A stretch of 64,000 nucleotides of DNA from an uncultured Candidatus Saccharibacteria bacterium (lineage in GTDB: Bacteria; Patescibacteriota; Saccharimonadia; Saccharimonadales; Saccharimonadaceae). The DNA is taken from assembly GCA_946804195.1 (NCBI GenBank), contig CAMPEU010000017.1:3533-67532 (forward strand), in the 5' to 3' direction. Position numbers and translations under genes: made by a program. The notes beneath the pieces were generated by a model that saw only the letters and a program-made list of their open reading frames with translations, ran no database searches and was not told the origin of the DNA. Shown here piece by piece: positions 8,427 through 17,672 of the stretch. The stretch's first letter is position 1; each line of letters begins with the position of its first letter.

Positions 8427-8585
8427 ATGGCTAAGCAGTCAAACACAAAAAACCATACACATACAGATGATGATACGTCAGCACTTACTAAGTTTCATCT
8501 GTCATTCGAATACGATCGTACATGGACGGCTGTAAAACAAAGTATTCAGCAACCCTCTAGTTCCGTACGTCTAAAACGTAAATAA
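8427..8585 (+). CDS. Hypothetical 52-aa protein, predicted leaderless (absent from ORF track because <60 aa)
   Basis: ATG 6 nt downstream of a strong promoter. Reads MAKQSNTKNHTHTDDDTSALTKFHLSFEYDRTWTAVKQSIQQPSSSVRLKRK-stop. No recognisable family. Confidence 0.3.
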   Translation: MAKQSNTKNHTHTDDDTSALTKFHLSFEYDRTWTAVKQSIQQPSSSVRLKRK

Positions 8586-8609
8586 GATAACTTGATTCAA
8601 TTCACAGAT

Positions 8610-10253
8610 TTATTTATTGTCTGTTTTCTGTTGCTTCTTGTTTCTAACAGTTGCCTTTTCGGTAACATCAAACTTATCAAAGTATTTACCAAGCAAAAGA
8701 GCGGTCTGTGATGTAAAAGCTGACGCAGAGCTATATACGATTGCCGTAAATGGCATCAGTAACCATTGTGCAAGCATGTATATATTCCTATGACGCTTGT
8801 AACGCTCTGGACGAGGTGGTAATAGCTTAAAGGTAAAGAACACCGTTATCAATAGTCCAATGAGCGCAAACTGCTGTATGCGGCTCACTATCTCGGGTAA
8901 TTGCTGTGCTGCGATACTCTGTGTCGCCTCCATGCTCACAAATAACGGAATCCACCCCCCTATCGCGATGAGTATCGCAATACTTGCTAGCGTCACATGT
9001 CCGTCCAATAGGCGTATGAGCCTGGCAAGTGCTGGCCCCAAAGGCACGTTACGTTTACTACTGAAGATTCGAGTTGCTACATACGGTACGTCCGACGCCC
9101 CATACGCCCATCGGCGTAATTGAAAGAACTGAGCCTTGAGCGTCCGCACGTATGTAGACGACAAAACTGCATCCTGATAAATAGGTACAAAAATAGGCAC
9201 AACACCGTAACGACCATCAAAATGGAAGTAACTTCGCCAATACTGATGCCCATCTTCGACGATTGTCCTCGTACTCCAAAAATTCATCTCTACCAATGCA
9301 TCCATCGGTTGTGAATGTGACGCAAAATTTCGAATGACATGCGGCCTCACAGAGCTAATAATGTTCCAAAATGAATTACCGGTAGCAACGACCCTCATGG
9401 GAGCGGGCACATCCCAGATATTATTCATAAATAAACTGATTGGTTGGAATGATAAATTTTTTCGATCCGGATGGATGATATATTCATATGCCACGTAATC
9501 AAAGTAAGTTTCGTGAGGTCGATTATCGCAATCCAGCGTCGTGACAATAACATTACTATAAGCAATGCGCTCTGCCTTGAGCCAATCCCTTAGGTATTGA
9601 CCAGCGTATGTAATGTTCCCCCCTTTGCCGCGCACTTCATTTGGCATATTGTCTGGATGCTTCACGATTTCAATCGCTCTAAACGTCTTTGCGTATTCCT
9701 TTGCGATACGTTGCGCTGTCTTTTCGACCTCTGTTCCACCACGCTCCTCATAAGCAATGACGACGACCATATGATCTTTGTCATATGTACTATTCGCGAG
9801 CGCCTGCACGGTTGGCTGAAGCACATCGTATGACTCATTATAGATAGCGATTATTATCGCATTATATATCTGTGACGGTTTTGGATAGAGTTCGGGTTGT
9901 TCAATAATGTCTTTCAAGTTATCAATATGATCTCTCAGCGCAAGTGAAGGTCCCGATTCGTGATACCCCAAATACTCCTCGGGATCCTCTAGATGCTTCA
10001 GACGTAAATGCCAATCCGTCCGTTGCGCCTTCTCGAGTCGATCACGCCCAACGGTCGTATGATACGCAATACCCATTGCTTTAACGAGAGCCGTCAGGAT
10101 AACAATCAAAAGGTAGATAGCGGCCATCGTGGGATTAATTAGTGACAAAACAATTAATAATATAATTGCCCCATAACTAACAAGTGCAGGTACCATCTCG
10201 AAGAAACGATATCCTGCCTTACGCTTGCCCAGAGGTATCTCTATATCACGCAT
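8610..10253 (-). CDS. Membrane-embedded family-2 glycosyltransferase, processive (cellulose-synthase-like) type
   Basis: N-terminal TMs, AIYNESYDVL GT-A start, TLDCDN (DxD-like), QLRRWAYGA (QxxRW) and C-terminal TM bundle. Confidence 0.75.
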   Translation of the reverse strand: MRDIEIPLGKRKAGYRFFEMVPALVSYGAIILLIVLSLINPTMAAIYLLIVILTALVKAMGIAYHTTVGRDRLEKAQRTDWHLRLKHLEDPEEYLGYHESGPSLALRDHIDNLKDIIEQPELYPKPSQIYNAIIIAIYNESYDVLQPTVQALANSTYDKDHMVVVIAYEERGGTEVEKTAQRIAKEYAKTFRAIEIVKHPDNMPNEVRGKGGNITYAGQYLRDWLKAERIAYSNVIVTTLDCDNRPHETYFDYVAYEYIIHPDRKNLSFQPISLFMNNIWDVPAPMRVVATGNSFWNIISSVRPHVIRNFASHSQPMDALVEMNFWSTRTIVEDGHQYWRSYFHFDGRYGVVPIFVPIYQDAVLSSTYVRTLKAQFFQLRRWAYGASDVPYVATRIFSSKRNVPLGPALARLIRLLDGHVTLASIAILIAIGGWIPLFVSMEATQSIAAQQLPEIVSRIQQFALIGLLITVFFTFKLLPPRPERYKRHRNIYMLAQWLLMPFTAIVYSSASAFTSQTALLLGKYFDKFDVTEKATVRNKKQQKTDNK

Positions 10254-10254
10254 C

Positions 10255-10632
10255 TTATATTATTGATGCAATCTTTAATAGTTGCAGCAAGAAAGCCAAT
10301 GTAATAAATAACATCAATACTCCGAGCCAAGCAAAAGCAATTGCCAGATACCTACCCTTTTCCTGCATAATCCTAAAGGCAATCATGCTGTGAGCAATTG
10401 CGGCCACCGCTACGAAGCCAATAAAACTCAGTAAATAGTACCATTTATCCCTGTAAAAATTAGTTGTGCCAAAACTCGTATAGTGTACCGCTATTTGTCT
10501 TTCGCTGGGGTGTATACCAACAGCAAGCAACACAACCAGTCCCACGCATAAAAGTAAGAATACCGCGAGTGCGATAAGTAAGTGCTTATCGGCGGCGACT
10601 GTCTGAATATGTGTTAATACTCGCTTTTTCAT
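10255..10632 (-). CDS. Hypothetical integral membrane protein
   Basis: 125 aa with about four hydrophobic segments; tightly coupled to the downstream GT2 by a 1-nt gap. Confidence 0.5.
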   Translation of the reverse strand: MKKRVLTHIQTVAADKHLLIALAVFLLLCVGLVVLLAVGIHPSERQIAVHYTSFGTTNFYRDKWYYLLSFIGFVAVAAIAHSMIAFRIMQEKGRYLAIAFAWLGVLMLFITLAFLLQLLKIASII

Positions 10633-10645
10633 ACTTATATATTAG

Positions 10646-10717
10646 TGCGGGTGTAGAGACTTCAACTCTACGTTTGATCTATACAAGATCACTTATTAAC
10701 CACTGCACGATACCCGC
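10646..10717 (-). tRNA. Atypical tRNA-like gene, best reading tRNA-Tyr (anticodon GTA) with short variable region; CCA not encoded
   Basis: Acceptor GCGGGT(A)/(C)ACCCGC, anticodon arm TGATC-TTGTATA-GATCA and T arm TAGAG-TTGAAGT-CTCTA all fold. The D stem is weak, position 37 is T, the T loop has G at position 56, and the variable region is only 4 nt. Confidence 0.45.
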
Positions 10718-10728
10718 AAATATCGATG

Positions 10729-10804
10729 TGGAGCCGCTGTCCGGATTTGAACCGGAGGCCTACGCTTTACGAAAGCGTCGCTCTACCAACTGAGCTACAG
10801 CGGC
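10729..10804 (-). tRNA. tRNA-Thr (anticodon CGT), discriminator U, CCA encoded
   Basis: Acceptor GCCGCTG/CAGCGGC, D arm GCTC-AGTTGGTA-GAGC, anticodon arm ACGCT-TTCGTAA-AGCGT, T arm TCCGG-TTCAAAT-CCGGA. Confidence 0.9.
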
Positions 10805-10870
10805 AGATCCGCCAAGTTCATAGCACGATTATAGCATTCTGCTACTGATAAATAAACGTTTATATGATCA

Positions 10871-10899
10871 TTGCATCAGGGGCCAAAAGCTGGTATGAT
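10871..10899 (+). promoter_or_regulatory. Promoter TTGCAT-N17-TATGAT upstream of tRNA-Asp
   Basis: Hexamers with 17-nt spacing, about 20 nt upstream of the mature tRNA 5' end. Confidence 0.5.
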
Positions 10900-10918
10900 A
10901 CCTAAAGTCAACAAACAC

Positions 10919-10996
10919 GGGCCCGTAGTGAAGTTGGCCTATCACGTCTCCCTGTCACGGAGAAGATCGCCGGTTCGAATCCGGTCGGGCCCGCCA
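10919..10996 (+). tRNA. tRNA-Asp (anticodon GTC), CCA encoded
   Basis: Acceptor GGGCCCG/CGGGCCC, anticodon arm TCTCC-CTGTCAC-GGAGA, T arm GCCGG-TTCGAAT-CCGGT. Confidence 0.9.
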
Positions 10997-11028
10997 AATC
11001 AGATATCAAAATTCAACAAGGCAATGTT

Positions 11029-11055
11029 CACCTCGATTTTCGGAGGTGTTTTTAT
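11029..11055 (+). terminator. Rho-independent terminator after tRNA-Asp
   Basis: cacctcg-attttc-ggaggtg followed by tttttattt. Confidence 0.6.
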
Positions 11056-11198
11056 TTGTTCAAAACGCCATGACGACTCCATTTAAGTGCGTAGTGGATA
11101 GACTAGTACCGATATATACCGATAGAGAAACAAAAAATGGACCCGTTCGCTCAAATCTAGTATATGCAGGATGAGTCTGGTGTTATAATATAAGCACT

Positions 11199-13292
11199 AT
11201 GATAGGGTCATTGCGAACGCTAATGTCAGGACATCTTTTCGGGGGTATGCTTTTAGCACTTCTCGTATCACTACTTATCAATGTCGTTGCAACACACAAG
11301 GCGATGGCGGGGTTCGCACCTATACTAATCGGAAGAACTATTGTCATGAGCGGTACGGATCGGGTGACAGGCAAGGTATATAATGTAGCCAAGCCGACTA
11401 TCAAAAACCTACTGAATGGAACGGCACTACAGCCGTATATCTCCGCTCCTAGTGTTATTCGTGTTTACAAGGGTGATACAGTACAATTTGCGCAAGTTAC
11501 TCAAGGCGTAGATCCGTTGAATATAGGTGGCCTCTCTTTTCTTCAGATACACTACAAAGGATTTAATGATACGATCAATCCCCTTAATCTGGCTGAATAT
11601 TCTGGCTTTTTGCCCAAAATCCTAGGAGGGAAAGGTCCGAATATTGTATGGGATAACAATGGCTGGCCAGTATACTTCGTTTTTGCTAGTGCCAGTTTTT
11701 CAGTCGCGCCACCTGTCACTATAGGTTCTGGCATTGCAGGGCCTGGCTCGGACGACCCAGGGAAGCAGTTCTGTGAATTTGTATCCACGAACCCCACCAT
11801 ACAATTTTACGTACCGCCTTTTGTTTATCCCTACGTTGAATGGAAAATTCCCTCATTAGCCGACTTCACTATCGGCGGACTCACTATCAATATCGGTCGC
11901 ACAATGTCATGTGCCGAGATAGCATACGTATACAATCTCCAACCCTCTCTCACGCTTAACAACGGAGGTGGTTCGGGTGGATCTGTCAATATCACGACGT
12001 CCTTATCGCAAGGTGCCCTGCCATCAGGCGCGCCTGGTGCGACATATTCAAAAAAGACACAGTGGCAGGTTTCTCAATTCTTTTTGCCACTAGGAACTAC
12101 AGTTCCCGGTAGTACAACGAGTAAATCACAATCTCCGTGCTCGTACTTTCGAACCAACTATGGAGATAAAAACATGGGATGTATCATTCCAAAGTTATCC
12201 GATAAAAAAACTGATGCCCGAAGTGGCTCTTCCCTATTCAACCGTATTAACACCGTATTCAACAAAGACGGATCATTCAAATCCGGTACAGCACTCCCCT
12301 CAGCCCTAGCCCCTCCAGAAGACGTACCAGAAGGCTACAAGGTATGTTACGCCCTATCCGTCAGCAAATACAAACCCTACCTTGACACCTTAGATGCTGG
12401 CTGGCGAAACTCCAAAGTGGTATGTACGGCTGGAAGTAAAAAACCAAAAGTTCAAATCCTTGGAGATGACATACGAGTCGGTGGCACAATTGAAACAAGC
12501 ACAACAGACATATCAGATAAAAAATTCGGTAGCTGGGGCCAATACGCATCATATTCCTTCGAATCTACGATAAATTTCGCGACACAATCAGGTTTTGACG
12601 GAGGCGTGCCGTCCAGCGCCAACTGGAGCAAACTCACCTTTGCCAATGTAGGAAATGTAGGATCAGCACACGGACATTTCTTTGCAACTAAAACCGACGC
12701 AAGATCACAAGGTGCCGCGCAAACCGAACCCTTCTTTAAAGAACGTGCGAAATCTGGCGCCGGCATCGGTGATCCACTTAATCTCTCCGGTAAATCGAAT
12801 AAAACTCCCTACCTCGTGACTAGCAATAGCCTAACCATAAATGGCGGTAATATCGGCAAAGGAGAGACGGTTATCATTGTCGCCTCAGATGCAACGGTAA
12901 AGATTACAGGAGACATCAAATACACCTCAAGTGCGCTATCGTCAGTCGATGACATCCCACAAGTCGTAATCATCGCCAAAAATATAAATATTGATCCGAA
13001 CGTGCGACGTATTGATGCCTGGCTAGTTGCAAGCGGCACGATAAACACCTGTTTCCCAACGCCAGCGAAACTCACAATAGCCGATTGTCTCAATCCCCTC
13101 CGTTTCAATGGTCCTCTTGCGACAGGCAAAATCCTGCTCAATAGAACTTACGGATCCACCGGTAATGACCCGGGAGAACCTGCAGAGATATTTAATAACA
13201 ACGGTACCTCATATCTTTGGGCAGAAAATTACCTACGGAATAATAAAAGCCTCTCATCAATCCTCCAAAAGGAACTACCTCCACGGTTCTAA
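11199..13292 (+). CDS. Large secreted protein; C-terminal ~250 aa paralogous to the T4P-operon vWA protein (candidate pilus-associated adhesin)
   Basis: N-terminal signal/anchor segment. C-terminal blocks LTFANVGN, DDIPQVVIIAKNINID..IDAWLVASGTINTC, PLRFNGPL, GEPAEIF, YLWA and terminal ELPPRF match 37269..39470. Confidence 0.7.
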   Translation: MIGSLRTLMSGHLFGGMLLALLVSLLINVVATHKAMAGFAPILIGRTIVMSGTDRVTGKVYNVAKPTIKNLLNGTALQPYISAPSVIRVYKGDTVQFAQVTQGVDPLNIGGLSFLQIHYKGFNDTINPLNLAEYSGFLPKILGGKGPNIVWDNNGWPVYFVFASASFSVAPPVTIGSGIAGPGSDDPGKQFCEFVSTNPTIQFYVPPFVYPYVEWKIPSLADFTIGGLTINIGRTMSCAEIAYVYNLQPSLTLNNGGGSGGSVNITTSLSQGALPSGAPGATYSKKTQWQVSQFFLPLGTTVPGSTTSKSQSPCSYFRTNYGDKNMGCIIPKLSDKKTDARSGSSLFNRINTVFNKDGSFKSGTALPSALAPPEDVPEGYKVCYALSVSKYKPYLDTLDAGWRNSKVVCTAGSKKPKVQILGDDIRVGGTIETSTTDISDKKFGSWGQYASYSFESTINFATQSGFDGGVPSSANWSKLTFANVGNVGSAHGHFFATKTDARSQGAAQTEPFFKERAKSGAGIGDPLNLSGKSNKTPYLVTSNSLTINGGNIGKGETVIIVASDATVKITGDIKYTSSALSSVDDIPQVVIIAKNINIDPNVRRIDAWLVASGTINTCFPTPAKLTIADCLNPLRFNGPLATGKILLNRTYGSTGNDPGEPAEIFNNNGTSYLWAENYLRNNKSLSSILQKELPPRF

Positions 13293-13325
13293 CATGAGTG
13301 GTGGATATAATACGAAAGGGACAGC

Positions 13326-14342
13326 ATGAAAAGCGACGAACAAAATAATGAACCACCCCTCGCCGAAAATAATGGGGACGATCAATCACGTCAAGTGCGC
13401 CATAGCCGCAAGAAGTTAACCATTCTACTCATTGCCCTGCTGGTGCCTGTCTGTTTAGCAGGAGGTTTGATCGCTATTCCCTACATCACGCAAATGATGT
13501 GGCAAAATAGCGCCGAAGGCGTACTCATGAGTAGTCTGAAAAACACGCTAGAACTACAACAGATGAAATTTCACACAGATTTTAGTAGTCTTCAGTCTAC
13601 TGATGCAGGCAATCTTTCAGAAAGCCTAGCTGTAGACGGAGCATACAAAAAAGGCGCAGGACTCGAGGCAAGTGCTACATCAAAGATCAACCCAAATGGA
13701 ATTGAGTTATCAAGAAAAAGCCAGTGGGTTCTCGACTCTTCGAGTAACACCTACGGTAGCCTACGTCTCGTTACCACCAAAGCAGAGGCCGGCAGTCCTT
13801 ATGCAGATATCCCAAAAATCAATAATAGTCTAGAGGATACTTCATGGACAAAATATGGTAGCGAAAACCTCAATCTAACATACGCTCTATACGGCCTTCA
13901 AGCTTGTGCGCTGACGACACTTTACGAGACACAGTCCAAACCTAAAGCATTCCAAGACCTCATGAAACAATTCGCTAGCTCTGCAAAAATGCAAAAAACA
14001 GCCTCAGCTTCAGGAACTGACACCTATACAATCACAGTACCCTCAGACGAACGCAGTACGATCAGCAAACGCTACGCCGAAAGTAATTTATATAAATCAC
14101 TAGTCGATTGCGATCAGTATTCGTATGCTTCAACGAAAGATTTAATCGATGACATGCTCAAAGGCATGACAATGACCATAAAAGTAGACACTACAAAGAA
14201 ACTTATTTCGTCACTATCGATTACTGGCAAAAATGCCCTCAAAATTAACGCAACATTTACTCCTGCGAATGACGTAAATATTGTTCCACCAAAAAATCCT
14301 ACAAAATATAAAGTAGATGATACGCTAAAACTTACGCTATAA
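13326..14342 (+). CDS. Hypothetical membrane-anchored protein
   Basis: Charged N-terminus, one TM (LTILLIALLVPVCLAGGLIAI), then a ~280-aa extracytoplasmic Ser/Thr/Lys-rich region. Immediately follows 11199..13292. Confidence 0.6.
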   Translation: MKSDEQNNEPPLAENNGDDQSRQVRHSRKKLTILLIALLVPVCLAGGLIAIPYITQMMWQNSAEGVLMSSLKNTLELQQMKFHTDFSSLQSTDAGNLSESLAVDGAYKKGAGLEASATSKINPNGIELSRKSQWVLDSSSNTYGSLRLVTTKAEAGSPYADIPKINNSLEDTSWTKYGSENLNLTYALYGLQACALTTLYETQSKPKAFQDLMKQFASSAKMQKTASASGTDTYTITVPSDERSTISKRYAESNLYKSLVDCDQYSYASTKDLIDDMLKGMTMTIKVDTTKKLISSLSITGKNALKINATFTPANDVNIVPPKNPTKYKVDDTLKLTL

Positions 14343-14507
14343 ATTCAATAAAGACCGTCTCTTTTACTAGGCTGTTGTGGGGTTACAATAACGTTCAAAC
14401 GCCCTAGGTGCGCGATGTGAACCGTCAAGATACCTCTAATACGATAAAAATCGCTGCTCTGTTTTTACTTGTTATGCCAGATATGGCTGATGTCTTACTG
14501 TTTCAAA

Positions 14508-15674
14508 CTACGGAGTACAGGTGGTGCTAGGCTTGTAGTCCTCTGGCCTTTCGCCAACAGTAAACGTTTTACAAAGACTTCCCTCTATATCAAGTGCACC
14601 GTCTATATATGCAAAGTTGTTTTTTGAATCAATCCGGGTAACTACACGACGGAACAGGTCACTCGCACGGCCCGTGGAATCCACTTCGGGCTGAACTCCG
14701 CTGAATAACACGGGGGTAGAACTATTTGATAATGTAACACGATAGTTCGTCTGAGCATTATATGGGGTCTGTAGTCGCAAATATGCATCCTTTCGATCAT
14801 TAATCGAAGATGCACCGACGGGAAGTGGTAGTTTAAGAGCTACTTTACAGCCGTAGTTACCGGCACCACCCACCGAAGTAAAGCTCGAGTCACATTTAAC
14901 TTGCTGTAACGATCCCGAAGTATAATCGATTGCGAAGTCTAATTTATTACTGCCAACCGTACTTGGAAGCATAAAGACCGTCGCCGTATTCGCCTTGGTC
15001 GAATTCGCTATATCGAAACTGTCCATGGTAAAATTTTGACCAAATTGTAAAAGTTGCGCACGCATGAGCGATGGAGTTTGCGGTGACCAATTTATTTTTT
15101 TCTTCAAGAGTGAGCTCGTAGTTAATATAATTGGCTTAATACCACCAATGGCAGATGAACGATCGAGGTCGCTCCTCGAGAACCATTCAATCGTTACCGT
15201 ATCAAAAGGTTTGTTCGCTTTCAAAGGAACTACCTGTGAAGCACCGGGCGAAAGTGTATTAATGTACTCCGGTGTATCAAGCTTTACGTTTACGCACATA
15301 TAAGCTTGATTCAAATTGGCATCATTCCCTACCTGAACTTCTCCATTAACTACAGATGCCGCCGTACCCAACACCTGTTGAGTTGCGTCACAATTTTTGC
15401 CATTCATTAGATCCGTCCAGTTGTCACAAACCGCATTCGTTGAAGGTCCTGCTGGACACTCCTCCTGATAACGAATCACTGCTCGCTTTGCATCTTCGAC
15501 ACCGGCGTATGCTGAATCGAGCGCGCTCTTTGATAAATCATTCGATGTCGCCTGCATCTGGTCCTGAAGCATAATCCTAATAAATGCTACCGTGATCGTA
15601 ATAATCAGTAACGCTGCAAATATAACCACAAAAAGAGAGACAGATCCCTTTTGCTTATTTCGTATTAAACTCAT
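14508..15674 (-). CDS. PilX/GspK-like minor pilin (no Glu5), paralog of 25606..26829
   Basis: QKGSVSLFVVIFAALLIITITVAFIRIM..SKSALDSAYAGVEDAKRAV and C-terminal QPEVDSTGRASDLFRRV are shared with the second copy. Confidence 0.7.
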   Translation of the reverse strand: MSLIRNKQKGSVSLFVVIFAALLIITITVAFIRIMLQDQMQATSNDLSKSALDSAYAGVEDAKRAVIRYQEECPAGPSTNAVCDNWTDLMNGKNCDATQQVLGTAASVVNGEVQVGNDANLNQAYMCVNVKLDTPEYINTLSPGASQVVPLKANKPFDTVTIEWFSRSDLDRSSAIGGIKPIILTTSSLLKKKINWSPQTPSLMRAQLLQFGQNFTMDSFDIANSTKANTATVFMLPSTVGSNKLDFAIDYTSGSLQQVKCDSSFTSVGGAGNYGCKVALKLPLPVGASSINDRKDAYLRLQTPYNAQTNYRVTLSNSSTPVLFSGVQPEVDSTGRASDLFRRVVTRIDSKNNFAYIDGALDIEGSLCKTFTVGERPEDYKPSTTCTP

Positions 15675-16364
15675 CTACTGTCCCCCTTTATCATCCGCCT
15701 GAGCGGTAAAAACAAATTTATTAACTGCGCAATAGTTCTGATAGGTTGCGTCTTGGCTTGGTGGCTTACACTGTGGACTAACGGTTTCAATGATTGCCGC
15801 GGTCTCGGCATTACTAATCGTTATCTCAATATTATACAGTGCACTGCCCGTCGCTGCATTATTAGTCAAACCAGTAATGCGAAAATCCTGGACCGCCAAG
15901 TCGCCTACAGAGAGTAGCTCTGTCATTTTCGTTGAATCAAAATTAATATTATTTGAAGTACTAACACAGAATCGCCCACCATTGTCCTTGATCTTGAGAA
16001 GACGTATTGATTTACCGGGATTGCTACTGCCGGAATATGTATACAAATCCTCATACCTACCAATATTCCAAATATAGCTATAGGTCCCTGTACATAATCG
16101 ACCCCCTCGATCTCGAGAGTTATAGGTTGTTGCGCGCCTGACATCAAAAACCTGACTATCGCCTATCGTGCGCTTCATATCCGTAACGATAATTCGACCA
16201 GCCTGATTAACTGATTTTAGAGTGACGCCTTTGTTATATATTGCTCCAACCTGCATGACTGTTATTGCAATAGACAACAGTAACAACGAGACAAATGCCA
16301 TCGCCAGCATCAGCTCGATGATAGTAAAGCCCCTATTACGTATACGGTTACGACGCTGGATCAT
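15675..16364 (-). CDS. Minor (pseudo)pilin with prepilin N-terminal cleavage/methylation motif, paralog of 26831..27553
   Basis: RGFTIIELMLAMAFVSLLLL (G/FTxxE motif). Confidence 0.8.
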   Translation of the reverse strand: MIQRRNRIRNRGFTIIELMLAMAFVSLLLLSIAITVMQVGAIYNKGVTLKSVNQAGRIIVTDMKRTIGDSQVFDVRRATTYNSRDRGGRLCTGTYSYIWNIGRYEDLYTYSGSSNPGKSIRLLKIKDNGGRFCVSTSNNINFDSTKMTELLSVGDLAVQDFRITGLTNNAATGSALYNIEITISNAETAAIIETVSPQCKPPSQDATYQNYCAVNKFVFTAQADDKGGQ

Positions 16365-16953
16365 ATAACCTCACAATCGTAGCTAACGTTACGGGAATTG
16401 ATTGTCCAGGCGTCAGCCAACATGCCCTGATATGAAAATCATAGTAACCAGGTATCGTCCCACTACTCGATGCGTGAACTACCTGCATCCAGAGACCATC
16501 GCTCACTATGGATGATGGTCCATACTGTAACTGCGCAAAGGTAGCCGGAGTACTGTTAATAGTGGTGATAATCGGGCTTCCGCTGGCGCCGTCTAGTTTC
16601 TTAATATCAAGAGCAAAGTATTTACCGTTAGACGGAAGGTTGCATCGCCTAGCATTATTAATGCTAGTAAAGTCCTGCGCAGTATTCACTGGTGATTCTA
16701 TAATTTTATTCCATACTGTAACAGCAGGCGCATCGGATTGGTCGAGATTCGCTATATAAGCATTATGCGCATAGCGAAGTGCATCTGCCTGTGAATCCAT
16801 CTGATCTCGCACCAAACTTATTTCTAACGATTGCTGAGCAATTGCAGTTCCTTGATTCATAACCGACAGCGCACCAACGGCAATAAGGCTAAACACCGTT
16901 ACGGCGAGTACCACCTCGATAATCGTGTCGCCTCGCTGTCTCATCACACACAA
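16348..16953 (-). CDS. Minor pilin with unusual G/DTIIE processing motif, paralog of 27537..28169
   Basis: QRGDTIIEVVLAVTVFSLIAVGAL; hydrophobic alpha1-N helix with Glu5 but Asp at +1. Confidence 0.7.
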   Translation of the reverse strand: MCVMRQRGDTIIEVVLAVTVFSLIAVGALSVMNQGTAIAQQSLEISLVRDQMDSQADALRYAHNAYIANLDQSDAPAVTVWNKIIESPVNTAQDFTSINNARRCNLPSNGKYFALDIKKLDGASGSPIITTINSTPATFAQLQYGPSSIVSDGLWMQVVHASSSGTIPGYYDFHIRACWLTPGQSIPVTLATIVRLYDPAS

Positions 16954-17672
16954 ACCCCTTGACCGGCGACATTTATAGTTACGGCATCCGGACCAGCGAT
17001 AGTAGGATTAATCTTGATTACTTGCTTTGGTAGCAAACCGGAATCACCCATTATGCAGTTCGTTGACACTGCGGTCGAATTCATACTGGCTAAATCAACA
17101 CTGACAATCTTGTTCTTTGATGTAAAGACCCTTATGAGCCCAGATGTAGGCGATCTGAGAATCAAAATCGTTCTAAGAAGAGGTTGGCCGGTTGTTGATG
17201 CAAGATTACCACCCCAATCAATGTCAGTCGACTCGCTATCGTAGGCGCTGATATGGGGTTGATAGGCCATCAAAACTGCTACATCAAGTGCATCATCCGG
17301 CAACGGCGTGCTCGGATCGCGACCAGTTACGCTAGAGGTCGCTATCTGCTTTCCATCCGCAGATATCGCAATTGCACGACCCAATAGCACGCATTCAGAT
17401 GTGCCCCTTATGCCGCGAGAAGAAGGACTACCTGGAGTGACGCTACCATCTGAGTTACATGTCCAGTCCTTATTGTTTGCGTTTCGAGTACTAACAACTT
17501 CCGTATACTGATTCTGCACCAATGCCTTGTAGTTATTAACACTGTCAGAGTAGCGCTGCTGTGTGATGCCATTATTCACGCCGACCATCAGGGCCGCAAA
17601 TAATGCACCAGTTACAGCTAAGAATAAGATTACTTCTATAATCGTAAAGCCTCGGTCAAAATCACCTATCAT
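16944..17672 (-). CDS. Minor pilin with prepilin motif, paralog of 28160..28903
   Basis: DRGFTIIEVILFLAVTGALFAALMVG. First gene of the four-gene unit; TGCTATAAT lies 9 nt upstream of the ATG. Confidence 0.8.
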   Translation of the reverse strand: MIGDFDRGFTIIEVILFLAVTGALFAALMVGVNNGITQQRYSDSVNNYKALVQNQYTEVVSTRNANNKDWTCNSDGSVTPGSPSSRGIRGTSECVLLGRAIAISADGKQIATSSVTGRDPSTPLPDDALDVAVLMAYQPHISAYDSESTDIDWGGNLASTTGQPLLRTILILRSPTSGLIRVFTSKNKIVSVDLASMNSTAVSTNCIMGDSGLLPKQVIKINPTIAGPDAVTINVAGQGVCV

